Origin: Tubulanus polymorphus
Taxonomy: Eukaryota; Animalia; Nemertea
Reading direction: 5' to 3'
Length of the DNA: 64,000 nucleotides
Assembly: GCF_964204645.1 (NCBI RefSeq)
Contig: NC_134032.1
Location: 13,814,275-13,878,274, forward strand
Shown here: in pieces, positions 53,001 to 64,000 of the stretch
How the letters are laid out: the number at the start of each line of letters is the position of its first letter
Numbering within the stretch: position 1 is the stretch's first letter
Notes under the pieces: model-generated
What the model saw: the letters and a program-made list of their open reading frames with translations, nothing else
Told to the model about the DNA's origin: nothing
The model's database searches: none
Position numbers and translations under genes: made by a program

Positions 53001-56000
53001 CGACGCAGGTATATTGAAATGTAAATGTCAGGGAACGAACGTCATGAGGCTCGGAGAGATTTTGTCGTCGGAAATCACGATCACGATTAAAGATAAACAT
53101 GGAAACGAAATAAAAGGAGTAAGTAGCAAAAATCATCTTCATCTTACTGAATCTGTCGAGTCATTAAGGTTGAGTTAACCGGTGATTAGTTGAAATGGTG
53201 ACGATGAAAAGTTAATCGTTGCTGTATTTATATCAGGGGCTGCAGTTACTCAAAATCTGGTTACAGTTTAACCCTTTCAGTGCTGACTAATTAATACCCT
53301 ATAGTGCTGGAGATAATTTGAAAATTCCACCTTAGTGTGTTGAATAACGGGAACACCACTATAGTGCGTCTACATCGCGGCGCGGTGTATCGGTAGTTAC
53401 TAATATTTCACTATGTTTGACAGTTGCTGCCAACTTTCAAGAGAGATAATTAGTAATTACATCAATACACCGCAGTGCGGTGTACTAGCAAAATCTATCA
53501 CTGATTTATACACCGCACTGCGGTGTAGACGCAATGAAAGGGTTAACTAGCGGATAGTTGACATAGTGACAATAAAAAGTTCATTGTTACTACGGCATTT
53601 ATCCACCGTCATCTGAAACCAACTTTTGAGCGACTGATGCATTTGAGCCCCAGATTGATGTGGAAAATGTGAAGAATCACAAGTAATTGTTATATTTAGA
53701 GTATTTTTAGCGTATTTTTGTTTGTTTTTCAGTTGGGACCCAATGATTTGGCCGAACTCGAGATATTCGGCGAAGGATTAAACGTTTCTGAAGTGGAGCG
53801 AGATTTATCCGAGCTGGCGAACGGTTTCGTAATTCGAAATATCAAATTCGAAGGGGGTCAACTGGGAACGCGTGAGGTCAGCGTGCGATGGCGGGAACTG
53901 ACCGACTACGTCCGTCTGCAGATGACCGCCGGCCGTCCGAAATCGGTAACGTTTCCCGGCTGGAATCTCGACAATCCGTGGAACGTGTACGCCGATCGCA
54001 AACTAACATGGCCGCTGATCGTACAACTGATCGACGAAATGGGTAACCCTACGACCGATCCGGACTCGAAAATAACCATCATAAAAGACAACGCGTTGAA
54101 GTTGACGCCGACGCCGATGCCGACTCGAGCCGATTCTCGAGGACAAGCAAATTTCGGTCATATGTTCATCTCGGGAAAACGCGGTTTATATCAGATCCAG
54201 GCTAAAGCTCTCGTCGGACGAACGGTTCTCATGGGAACCAAGTTGAAAATTAACATACAGCCGGACGCGACGAAACCTGTCAATCTCGAGGTGCAGTACG
54301 ACGCCCCGCCCACTTATATAGTCGGAGAACCACTACCAGGTGAGGAAAAATAGTCAAATGATTGTTGTCAGTGACAGCTAGGAGTATCCAGTCACAGTCG
54401 CAACTTAGGTTATTAGACTGGCTGCTCTACAGTTGTAAGTTGTTAACAGGGCCCAGTTTCACAAAAAAGTTTAACTCAAATTCTGGTGTAACTGCTTTTG
54501 GTTACTTCATTTCTTCAATGAGGACATCAATTCAAACTTTTTAGGCTTACACTTTTTCGTGAAACTGGGCCCTGGAGTTAAATCAATTCATTTGCAATCT
54601 GTTAATTGTTAATTCCGAATTGTGGAACTGGATCCTGAGTTCTGACTGGCTTAAACCGGTTCCACCACTCTTGATTAAGTTTGATTCATGCTTATTCGAT
54701 GTTAACTCATGATTGTGGAACTGGTCGGGTGTTTTGCCTGAGAACCTGGGTCCTCGATCATGCTGTAATAATTGAATATAGACTAATTCGAAAAATATGA
54801 TTTTTAGCCTCAATTCATTGAATACCAGTAATAAGAGGTTGTTTTGATGTGAATTTCAGTGTTTACCGTGAAGATTATCGCTGAAGATGACTCGCCCATG
54901 TCGTCTGCTCAAGCTGCGAACCTCACTATGAAACTGTGGAAGGCTAACACATACATGCCTAGACCACCCCTCGATGTAAGTAGAATCTACCAAAACTTTA
55001 CAAATCAGCGGGGAAAATAAGAGAAATCACGATTTATTTCTCTCCCTGCAGAGATATCAGGGAATTCTTACTTTCTTGAAGAAAAGCCACTGGGAGTTTT
55101 TGGTGTCTTGTTATTTTTGCTGGTGACGAGTGCCACAAGGAAACTCTTGATAAGAAACAACCCCCACTAAGCGTATCTTAAAGTTCTATCAGGGAATTTG
55201 AATTTTTGGTATCTTGTTGTTCTTGCTGGTGACGAGTGACACAAGGAACCTCTTGATAAGAAATAGCCCTCACTGAGGATATCTTATGATTTAATCAGGG
55301 AATTTGAATTTTTGGTGTCTTGTTGTTCTTGCTGGTGATGAGATGACACAAGGAATCTCTTGATAAGAAACAGCCCTCACTGAGCGTATCTCAAAGTTCT
55401 ATCAGACTTGTTATTCTTGCTGGTGATGAGTGACACAAGGAACATCTTGATAAGAAACGGTCCTCACTGAGGATATCAGGGAATTTTGGTTTCCCTGATG
55501 TGTTAGAACCCTTAATTTTCATTCATTTCTAGTTTGAAGTTGCCTGCGAGTTAATTAGAATTACTAACAGTTTGTGAAACCTGGGCCCATAAAAAAACTG
55601 ATACTTTCTTTTAATGCAATTTCTAATCAACAGGCTGTGTCTTACTCCCCGGACGCGAGACACAAGAACGAAAAAAATGGCACTTTTACATTCAGGTAAA
55701 TCATCAAATAGTCGGGTTTAGGGGAACTGTGTGTTATTGGGTCATGATTTTGATATACATAAGTTGAAGACATAGTTCATTCTATTTGATCGATTCGCCA
55801 GACATAATGAAGACCCCCTCGCTGCCGCCCACCAGCTATCCCAGTAGCCGACTCAAGATCTTTAGTTAATTTCCTATGAACTTACATCTAGAATATTAAT
55901 CTCTAAGGTTTTTCGCCTCTGCCGAATGGGAATCCTGGCTTGAATGATGAAAAAATTGAAAAACTCGAATTTATTTTTTTTTTATCACAGTGTGCAGAAT

Positions 56001-58298
56001 TCAAACTTTCCAAGAATCATTAGTTTGGACATATGTATCGACAGTTCACTCTTTCTTCAAAAAATGATTTCATCTCACAAAGGGAATTTGAAAAAAATTT
56101 TCTTTTCCTCCTGCGAAATGATGCCCCGTAAACCAAGCTATTAAAAAAAAGGCCTTAGTCACGTCCTCAAAACTCTTGATTGGTCTCAAGGGTTCAAATA
56201 TAGCGGGATTTTTATTCATCGTTCATCATGGATAGATTTCTATTGAATCCGAGAAGAAATGCGGCCATCGTTGTCCTAATGCACACTAGTGACACCTGGT
56301 GAATCCTCGCTTGCCACAAGCGAAATCCTTAATTGCTAACATTTAATGTAGAGTCCGTATTGTTTTTTTTTTCGGCTAGGCATATCCTGAGTGCAAATGC
56401 AAATGTTGAAATTTTACCGGAGATTGATTTTATTTTGTAGCGAGAAAGTGATTCCGGAGATTTGTGGCGGGTCGAGTATAATGTTCGTTTATCAGGACGC
56501 AAAATACGAAGTGGTCAGTCGTCAAATAGCGTTAAACGTCGAACCGGCGCCACCTGCTGTCATTGTACCGTATCAAAACATCGGTACTCCGACCGTGTCG
56601 AATACGTCGAAGGCGGCAAGTCGCAGCCTGATCAGAAATCTCAAACTTGAGTTACACGTGAGTCGAATTTCCCTTTTGAGAACAGATGGCTGCCTCCATT
56701 GATCACCCTACGCTATCATTGAATTGATATTAGAACACACAACTGCTTCCACAATCCCATCCCCTTACGATGTCATCAAATATGCCCCCCATTCGATCTA
56801 TAATATACCTGTCCGCCGTGTCCAGAAATGATGGCTGCCTCCATAAATCACCTGATGACATCATCAAATAAATTCCAATCATAATTCACATCTGACCATC
56901 AATACATGTATACTGTGAAAGTGGTTGCCTTCACTTCAGGGAAATTACTGACCAGGAAAAACTGGAAAACTGAAAAATCTCAGGGAACTTGACAAGTTTT
57001 TCCATAACTTGGAAAACCCTGGAAATTTGGAGATGTAATTGACCATGTATTTCTTTATTAATACATGATTCAATGAATAATGAATAAATTGTAACATTTT
57101 AAACCTTCAAATTTCTCTGATTCACTCATTGAATTTTGTGTAATCACATGGAAAAATTTAGGGGACTCATAAACGGGCGGAAAATGGCCACGTGATGTCG
57201 CATGGTTCGTGGCTTGCGGTAAAATATCTAATAATTGTTTGATATTTCAGGATAAATACCATAATGTAACGGGTAGCGATGTAGACGGTTATATATCGGT
57301 GGAGATATTGGCACCAGACGGTGTCGAGGATATTCCTACGTTTGTAGGTAACACCAGAACGTTGCAGGTGCCGTTACAGCACGGTTTCGCTAATATATCG
57401 GTAAATATTAACTATTTCATAGAATAAAATCTTATACTCTGAAAGGAAATGAGTCCGAAAAGGTTTCTGATTTATTTTATCATGATAATCTTCAGGGCCC
57501 GGTTTTATAGACTGGTATCAACTTTAACCCAGGGGTGCTAGCTCAATTCATTTTCAACTTAGTTATGAAGATAATACCAGTCTATAAAACCGGGCCCAGG
57601 GCCCAGTTTCACAAAAAGGTTTAACTCTTAAATCGATTTGATTTCTTCATTAATTCAGTTTATCTTAAATCGATTTAGGGCTTAATCCTTTTTGTGAAAC
57701 TGGGCCCAGGATTAAATACTTAGTGACAAAAAGAAATATGAAAATTAGTTACAGAGTTCCATTACCCAGAGGTTTTATTTTCTTTATCTATCTTGAGTAA
57801 AAGAAGACTTTTTGGCTATCCTTCAAAAGAGTTTAAAATGGTTACTTAATGACCACGAGGAAAAACAGGAAAACATGAGTCATTTTAGAGACTTTGTTTT
57901 AGAAATTTTATTGTGTTGTGGTGTCACTTCAAACCGATCGGCATTCTATAGCTTTGAGACTTTGAAATGTCCATTTATGGCTGTTGAACTAAGTGCAGAA
58001 TTTTATTTAGTTCATGTCTAATACGTAAACAGATCACCTCCATAGTTCTGATATCTAACTCACTCGCGGTATTCTAACTCAGCTGTGGAACTGGGTCCTC
58101 TATTCAACAGACTTCGCTTAAAATTCAGACGCGATTAAACTAATTAATGAAATTGTTAATTACAGAGTTTAACGATCCAGGAGAATTCACCCGGCGTAGA
58201 TGGCCAGGAATTCACGCTCGAATTGAAAGTTGTCAGTAACGATATTCCTAAAAACCAGTCGGTTCCACCGTATACAATACCATTCCTGTTCTATAATG
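35021..58298 (+). CDS. SMCHD1: Structural maintenance of chromosomes flexible hinge domain-containing protein 1 orthologue (3'-incomplete in window)
   Basis: About 29 exons, including 35021-35194, 35728-35806, 36503-36661, 37155-37237, 38042-38205, 39239-39362, 40023-40142, 42149-42362, 46009-46132, 47337-47531, 53733-54339, 58166-58298. Diagnostic peptides: [43 protein letters not shown] (GHKL motif I), IDNGKGM (motif II), [20 protein letters not shown] (motif III), [54 protein letters not shown]. The last visible exon ends [10 protein letters not shown] at a GT donor, just before where the coiled coil and hinge are expected. Confidence 0.95.
36670..37025. repeat. About 45-bp tandem array (AAGACCAGTCTAAGCTCATTTTGGTTCTATAACCAATCTAACAACT)n
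   Basis: About 8 units. The unit matches the internal segment of MITE family C. Confidence 0.85.
38697..38890. mobile_element. MITE-like imperfect palindrome
   Basis: AAAATGTTTCCTTGAGCAGGTAGT near 38747 pairs with ACTACCAGCTCAAGGAAACATTTT near 38822, and the outer arms also pair. Confidence 0.6.
39500..39990. repeat. About 100-bp tandem repeat family; second array at ~55080-55490
   Basis: Unit containing GTGGCACAAGGAACCTCTTGATAAGAAAC...CCTCACTGAGGATATCTT...ATCAGGGAATTTGAATTTTTGGTGTCTT, about 4-5 copies at each locus. Confidence 0.85.
40276..40383. mobile_element. MITE family B (GACCCAGTTCCACAGTT...AACTGTGGAACTGGGTC); copies at ~40715-40822 (inverted) and ~49503-49612, partial at ~52330
   Basis: Near-identical elements of about 110 bp with TIRs and CWG flanks. 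Confidence 0.85.
49900..50335. repeat. Degenerate tandem repeat family with core TCCCCCTATGACATCATC; related copies at ~56690-56870
   Basis: Core recurs about 7 times at roughly 60-70 bp spacing. Confidence 0.7.
50801..51210 (+). mobile_element. tRNA-derived SINE with CORE-like central domain and L2-like 3' tail
   Basis: A box TGGCCGAGCGG; B box GGTTCGAACCC; central GTCCTCGGGCAAGACACTTGA...CTCTCTCCACCCGGGAGTAAATGGGTACC; 3' AAGCGCTCTGAG...GCGCTATATAAGA followed by (ATT)n. Confidence 0.85.
53272..53542. mobile_element. piggyBac-like MITE (TTAA target, CCCTTTCA termini); diverged copy at ~41092-41504
   Basis: TTAA|CCCTTTCAGTGC ... GCAATGAAAGGG|TTAA. The copy near 41 kb shares the internal sequence and carries a nested family A MITE. 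Confidence 0.8.
57496..57706. mobile_element. Two different Harbinger-like MITEs inserted back-to-back at one CAG site
   Basis: CAG-[GGCCCGGTTTTATAGAC...GTCTATAAAACCGGGCC, 57496-57596]-CAG-[GGCCCAGTTTCACAAAA...TTTTGTGAAACTGGGCC, 57600-57706]-CAG. Confidence 0.85.
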
Positions 58299-58311
58299 GT
58301 AAGTACAACAC

Positions 58312-58985
58312 TAACTCTTCTTACATGCCGCAGTAGGCTCAATGTTTTTATCTCTCCTCACTTGCCGCAGTAGGCTCAATGTTTTTATCTCTCCTCGACA
58401 GTAGGCTGAGTGTTTCTACGTTCTCCTTACATGCCGCAGTAGGCTCATTGTTTCTATCTCTCCTCACATGCCGCAGTAGACTCAGTGTTTCTATCTCTCC
58501 TCACATGCCGCAGCAGGCTCAATGTATTTATCTCTCCTCACATGCCACAGTAGGCTCAATGTTTCTAACTCTCCTCACATGCCGCAGTAGGCTCAGTGTT
58601 TCTATCTCTATTCACATGCCACAGTAGGCTCAATGTTTCTAACTCTCCTTACATGCCGCAGTAGGCTCAATGTTTCTATCTCTCCTCACATGCCGCAGTA
58701 GGCTCAATCTTTCTATCTCTCCTCACATGCGACAGTAGGCTCAATGTTTCTATCTCTCCTCACATGCCGCAGTAGGCTCAATCTTTCTATCTCTCCTCAC
58801 ATGCCGCAGTAGGCTCAATGTTTCTAACTCTCCTCACATGCCGCAGTAGGCTCAATTTTTCTAGCACTCCTCACATGCCGCAGTAGGCTGAGTGTTTCTA
58901 GGTTCTCCTTGCATGCCGCAGATGGCTCGATGTTTAAGTGAGAGAGATGTATGTTCTATGATGCTCACTTGCCGCAGTAGGCTAA
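58312..58985. repeat. 37-bp minisatellite (CACATGCCGCAGTAGGCTCAATGTTTCTATCTCTCCT)n
   Basis: About 17 units between the last visible SMCHD1 donor and the stop codon of the antisense LRR-ZU5 gene. Confidence 0.95.
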
Positions 58986-58988
58986 CTA

Positions 58989-60984
58989 TCATACGTACAG
59001 ATTATGAAGCATGTGTTCCACTGATTTACAGGCTTTATATTTACACTTGGCCTTCGTTAGAATCGCTCCTTTCCTGGAATACAAAAACCTTCGAGTCTTT
59101 AATTTAGAACCTTTGAAATAATAATAATAATAATAATATATTTTCTCATATAGCGCACCCCTACATGGTAATCGGTGCGCTTACAAATACAAATAAACAA
59201 ACTTTTAAAAGTAAATATTCTGTTGCAGTTTATAACAATGCGTTGCTCAGTAACTGTATAAATCGGTTATATTTCTTACCCTGAGAAATGCCATGTTTGT
59301 ATCGTGATATATCCATTGAGCGCTCGATATCCCGAACTGCACGGGATACACGTATTATCGTCGCGATATGTTAACACATGTAAACGGCCTTTCTGCGGCA
59401 TAGGTGGCGCCGGTATAGTTACTAAAACCTACAAATACATATGAGCGGCCATTTTAGAAGCGTATGATGGGGAGTAGGGTTGATGGAGGGGAGAGGGGAA
59501 TGAATGTGTTGGGGTTGTAGTTTATACAACCTGCTGAGAGGGGAAGAGGCTAGGTTAAGTGAAACTATATATTCAGTACAATTACCTGCTCGTTAAAGTT
59601 ATAATTCCTACTCTGCCACAGGTGCACTATATGACCGACTGAGATGATATTATCGATCATTTTATTTCGAAATTTCAATTTCAACAATGATTCCTGGTCG
59701 ACTTTCTCCAACTGAAATAGATAAAACATCTGACGTTTAGTTTAATGTGGAGTCCAGTAGCTACTATAACCAACTTCCGGGGCCCAGTAGCTACTATTAC
59801 TATCCTCTGGAGCCCAGTAGCCTGTGTAGGATCCCGTGCGATAACCAACTTCTGGGGCCCAGTAGCTACTATAACCAACTTCTGGGGCCCAGTAGCTACT
59901 ATAACCAACTTCTGGGGCCCAGTAGCTACTATAACCAACTTCTAGGGGCCCAGTAGCTACTATAACCATTTCCAGAGATTCATTTAAAATCCGACCTCGG
60001 GTCGGAAAAGAAAAAACAATTCTCTACCTGCATGATGATATCGGTAGCTGCATCAACCGCGTTCACCGGGAAATACAGTTTAATATTCGGGTCGAGCGAA
60101 CATTGAAACAATCCTCCGGCCGGAGTGACCGTGAACTTATCCGGTTTCATACGGATCAAACTACCCCTGAGATCGGCTGCGTACGGGTAGACGTCGCGGG
60201 GCGATTCGTTCTGCAACGCCGGTATCAACTCGTTCACGGTACCGGTAGCCACGCCGTGCGATGATGTCATCAATCCGGTGTCGTCTAGTATAGCGGTTAT
60301 ACTGGAAATAAATGTGAATCAGAGATTTAACAGTTTCCTCGAGTTCGTGCATTAGTAAACATCGTTAAAACCGTTTTGATGTCAAGTTCGGATAGAAATA
60401 CAAGTCATCGGATAAGTCATTGAATAGAAATATAAGTCAGGGTCTGGTTTATATCAATCATTGAATCAATAGACAATCAATCAATCATTAAATGATTGAT
60501 GATAAGTCATTGAAGTCGTCTCCATCTTTCAGTCATAATTTGTTTTACCAATTCACTTTTAGTTAAGTCGTCATTTGGATAAGTTGTTACACTACTTAAG
60601 TTGTGTCTCTAGTGAATTGTATTTTCAATTCAATTCAAGTGTAAGTAAATGTACTTAGAAGCGTAAGTCGTTGTGTGAATAAATCAATAAGTGGAGTGGT
60701 GTGGCTGAGTAGTTAGAGTGCTTGACTCGTGGGTTCGAACCCCGTACATTGCGGTAGTGTCCTCGGGCAAGACACTTGACCCTCTATTGCCTCTCTCCAC
60801 CCAGGAGTAAATGGGTACCTGGCCTGATAGATGACTCCTGAGCGCTTGTTAACAGCTCGCTGTTACTTTTCCCCAGGGAGAGATGACTGATACATGTTAG
60901 AGTATAAAATTGGCCGGGGTAATAATACCGAAAATGTAAAGCGCTCTGAGCAGCCTGGCTGGATTTAGCGCTATATAAGACACA

Positions 60985-61018
<34 letters not shown>

Positions 61019-64000
61019 AATCATCAACATAATCGTCGTCCTAACTAGTACACGACTTAGACTTAGATTTAGTTCATTTTCAATTCGTCGCTCTCAACAG
61101 ACACAACTTGTCAAACTTTACTCTAACTACTTAAAAAACACGTACTGAAAAGGTCTGAATTAATAATGAATCGTGTGAATGAAATCGATATTGTTTAATT
61201 CGGGGTTAATGATGTAATAGCATGTTATACATAAATATAATCAGTGGCAGCCGTGGAGTCATGAGGGAGTTAGATCTCCCCCTGGGGAGTTAAGGGGTGC
61301 AGGTATCTATCTAATTAAGTGGGATGTTTATTTGTTATTTATGGTACCGAGTGCCTTTGCATAATTTAGCGATAATTTTCATTACCCTCACCTGCCCCCT
61401 TCACACTTTCAGCGGTATCAACCATCGATAATAAAGTTGTTAAAGATAAAACTACCTCTGTATAAACCCTCTGTCTAAAAACAAAATAACCTCGGTAAAT
61501 CCCAGTTGTACAGTCTTTAATCTTTAGACTGGTCATCTAGTTGTTAGATTGGCTATAGAACTGAAATGAGCTCGGACTGGTCTGCGTTACTACGTTAGAT
61601 TGGCTATAGAAGCAAATGGAGCGGAACTCTTGAACTGGTCTCCTAAACCAATCTCGTTTTAAAAACCCAATCTCTTCCGTTTGATGTTTTTCTATTCAAT
61701 CGTTAATTTCTCGATGAAATTGAACCAGGGTCTGGTTTATATCAATCATTGGACAATCGATCAATCATTAAATGATTGACGAATCAGTTCGTTCAGCTCA
61801 TGGCTCAGATCTGCTTCTTGTCAAACGGAAATCTGTATATCAGTCTCGGTAATCATTTTAACCATGGAACCAATTTTACTGTCCAAATTAACCCGATCAA
61901 AGTAAAGACAGATGACAACTAGGGTATGGTTTTGTACAAGCCCTGAGTCTTACGATACTATCAATGTTGAATCCCTGTAAGGGCGGGATAAGGAGTGAAA
62001 TTTATCTATAAATCAAAGTATATCGTGGTGACTGGTTTATATGAAACGTGGGGTTGTGTGTGGGTTATTACTTACTCAGGTCTACTTGTACGCAGGAAGT
62101 TGCCTCTGTGTGATATGACTGGTTTCAGTAATTGATGTTGTAATAATGATTCTAATTGATTACACAATCCTAGTAACGTATAATCAGTCCGGACTGTGTC
62201 GTACCAGCCGCCGCCGCCGTTATTACGCAATATACTCTTATCCGATTCCACGGTGAACTGTCTCGATGGGCTTTTCTCGACGTTCCCGAGTTTGTCTCCG
62301 GGTTTTAGCAACATCCAGTTGTCATTTTCGGGCATTTTCCTCAAATTGTGTCGATTGACGATCAGGTCGTTAGGTGGCGCCACCGCTGCTGGGTATCGAT
62401 GTCGATCCCAGCGTTCGATCGCGTCGTGACGACGACGTAAATCGTGCGCTCGATTACGATCATTGTTGCCGTCGTCGTCACGGTGATTGGTGTCGCGCGG
62501 CGGTAAAGCGGTTCGTCCGTTGGTGTGGTGATGAGGCTGTAGGTGGCGCCGGCGTCGTCGTGGAGGCGACCGGATGTATCTACGCGTTCCGGTCGCGCTG
62601 TTATCCGTCAGATAGGGGGAGCTGTCGCTGTCGTGTCCCGCTGCCTTCGTACCGTTAGGTTTTTGAGTCGGAGCCGAGTCCCACGAGTCGTAACCGCTGA
62701 CGTCTCGTCGCGATCGCATCGTGCTCCGTTTCCCGGAAACGACCGGCGTTTTTCTCATCGTCTCGCCGTCGGAAACAGCGCCCCCTCGGTCGCTCCGTTT
62801 GATAACACCGTCGCGGTTTTCCCCGATCGCGCGTCGGCTACGATTAACTACTTCCACGTCGACAGCGTCTTCGTCCTCCGTCGACTCGTTTCGTCGTAGA
62901 TTCATCGACCGGTCGAGCACAATCGGTCGATTCGAGATTTTGTTACCTTTGATATTGAGATATTCGAGTTTGACGAGTTCGTTGACGGATTGCGGCAGTT
63001 CGGTCAAACGATTATAACCGATATCGAAAACGCGAAGTTCCTTCAACAATTCGACGTCTTTCGATAGATATCGAATTCGATTTCGACTCAGTTTCAATTG
63101 TTGTAAATTCGTCAGGTTGCAGACGCCGAGCGGCATGTTCGCCAGCCGGTTACGATTCAGATTCAAATATCGTAGTCGACGCACCTGTATCAACGCGCAG
63201 TTCGTGATCTGATTTTCGGACGCGTTTAGATATTCGAGGTCGTCGAAATTACAGCTTAAACTCGTGAGTTTATTGCGTTCGACGCGCAGTGATTTGAGTT
63301 TGGTGAGTTTCGCCACGTGAGTCGGTAACGATTTGATCGCGTTCGACGCCAGATTCAAACGCGCGAGATTCTTCAACGCGAGCACGTCGTGCGGGAACGC
63401 GTCGAGGTGATTCGCGCGCAAGTCGAGATCGACGAGCTGTTTCAGATTCTGGATCTCGCGCGGTAGTCCGCGTAGCTGATTGCCGCCGACGTTCAGCGTT
63501 ACGAGCGTTTTCAACGCGACGACCGTCGCCGGGAAAACGTCGAATCGGTTTTCGGCGATATTCAACGTCTTCAAACGTTTCAACGTTTGCATTGTCGCCG
63601 GCAGTCGCGTCAACCGATTCGCTTGTAAATCGAGAATCTTCAGATTCTCCAACCGCCCGAAGTCGACGACCAGATTCTCGAGTTGATTACGCGCCAGTTT
63701 CAGAACGCGTAGGTATTTCAGCTGACCGATTTGCGCGGGCAAAGCGCGCAGTTTATTGCACGATAAGTCGATTTCGCATAAATGCGCGCAGTTGGAAATA
63801 GTTTCGGGAATCGACGTTATTTGGTTGCGATGCAAATCGAGCACGCGTAATTTGCGCAGGTGCCCGACGTAAACGGGCACGGTTAGTATTCGATTGCGCG
63901 GCGCGCGTAGTACCTCGACGCGCTGGAAGTTGAACGCCTCGAGAGGTATCTCGCGAAGGCCGCGATCCGACAGGTTTAACTCGGTCCAGCCGCGTTGATT
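58989..64000 (-). CDS. LRR + ZU5-like (PIDD1-like) protein, 5'-incomplete, apparently nested antisense in an SMCHD1 intron
   Basis: A large exon open from the window edge (64000) to 62076, encoding about 15 LxxLxLxxNxL repeats plus an R/S/D-rich linker. Then phase-consistent exons 60301-60028, 59711-59586, 59428-59280, 59073-58989. These encode FTVTPAGGLFQCSLDPNIKLYFPVNAV, ISVGHIVHL, VLVTIPAP, TIQTWHFSG and a tail of about 30 aa ending HNLYV-stop. Confidence 0.85.
59750..59970. repeat. 30-bp minisatellite (CCAGTAGCTACTATAACCAACTTCTGGGGC)n in an intron of the LRR-ZU5 gene
   Basis: About 7 units. Source of four periodic ORFs. Confidence 0.92.
60691..61016 (+). mobile_element. Second copy of the tRNA-derived CORE-like SINE
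   Basis: Closely matches 50801-51110, with a short deletion between the A and B boxes. Ends in (ATT)n. ATAAATCA occurs near both flanks (possible target-site duplication). Confidence 0.85.

Noticed and set aside
60161-60352. 63-aa minus-strand ORF (MHELEE...)
   Set aside because: Alternative frame of the ZU5 exon. Splice phase from the LRR exon selects the other frame.
62196-63801. Several plus-strand ORFs as candidate SMCHD1 hinge exons
   Set aside because: They are antisense shadows of the GC-rich LRR exon and show no coiled-coil or SMC-hinge similarity.

Overview
AT-rich, intron-rich animal genomic DNA with GT-AG introns, CpG-rich exons, and many MITEs and minisatellites. The gene content looks like a marine invertebrate, probably a lophotrochozoan (inference only). 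Seven spliced protein-coding genes were reconstructed by hand. (1) A Scribble C-terminal-like coding region (+, 2318-5599). (2) PHTF (+, 8374-19680). (3) A Nop6-like single-RRM protein (-, 21977-23808), head-to-head with (4) the GDSL esterase IAH1 (+, 24372-27764). (5) A secreted astacin metalloprotease with two ShK domains (-, 28993-33355), head-to-head with (6) an SMCHD1 orthologue (+, 35021 to beyond 58298, GHKL ATPase motifs intact, hinge exons not seen in the window). (7) An antisense gene apparently nested in an SMCHD1 intron (-, 58989 to beyond 64000). It encodes about 15 LRRs, a long disordered linker and one ZU5-like domain ending in the PIDD-type HFS autoproteolysis motif, with no death domain. 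The strongest leads are this PIDD-like gene, a NAGNAG splice choice that switches SMCHD1 between a uORF and an N-terminal extension, several frame-preserving microexons, a shared 57-bp element in both divergent intergenic regions, and minisatellites that appear to derive from MITE internal motifs. Exon coordinates are manual and were checked for reading phase, but there is no transcript evidence.
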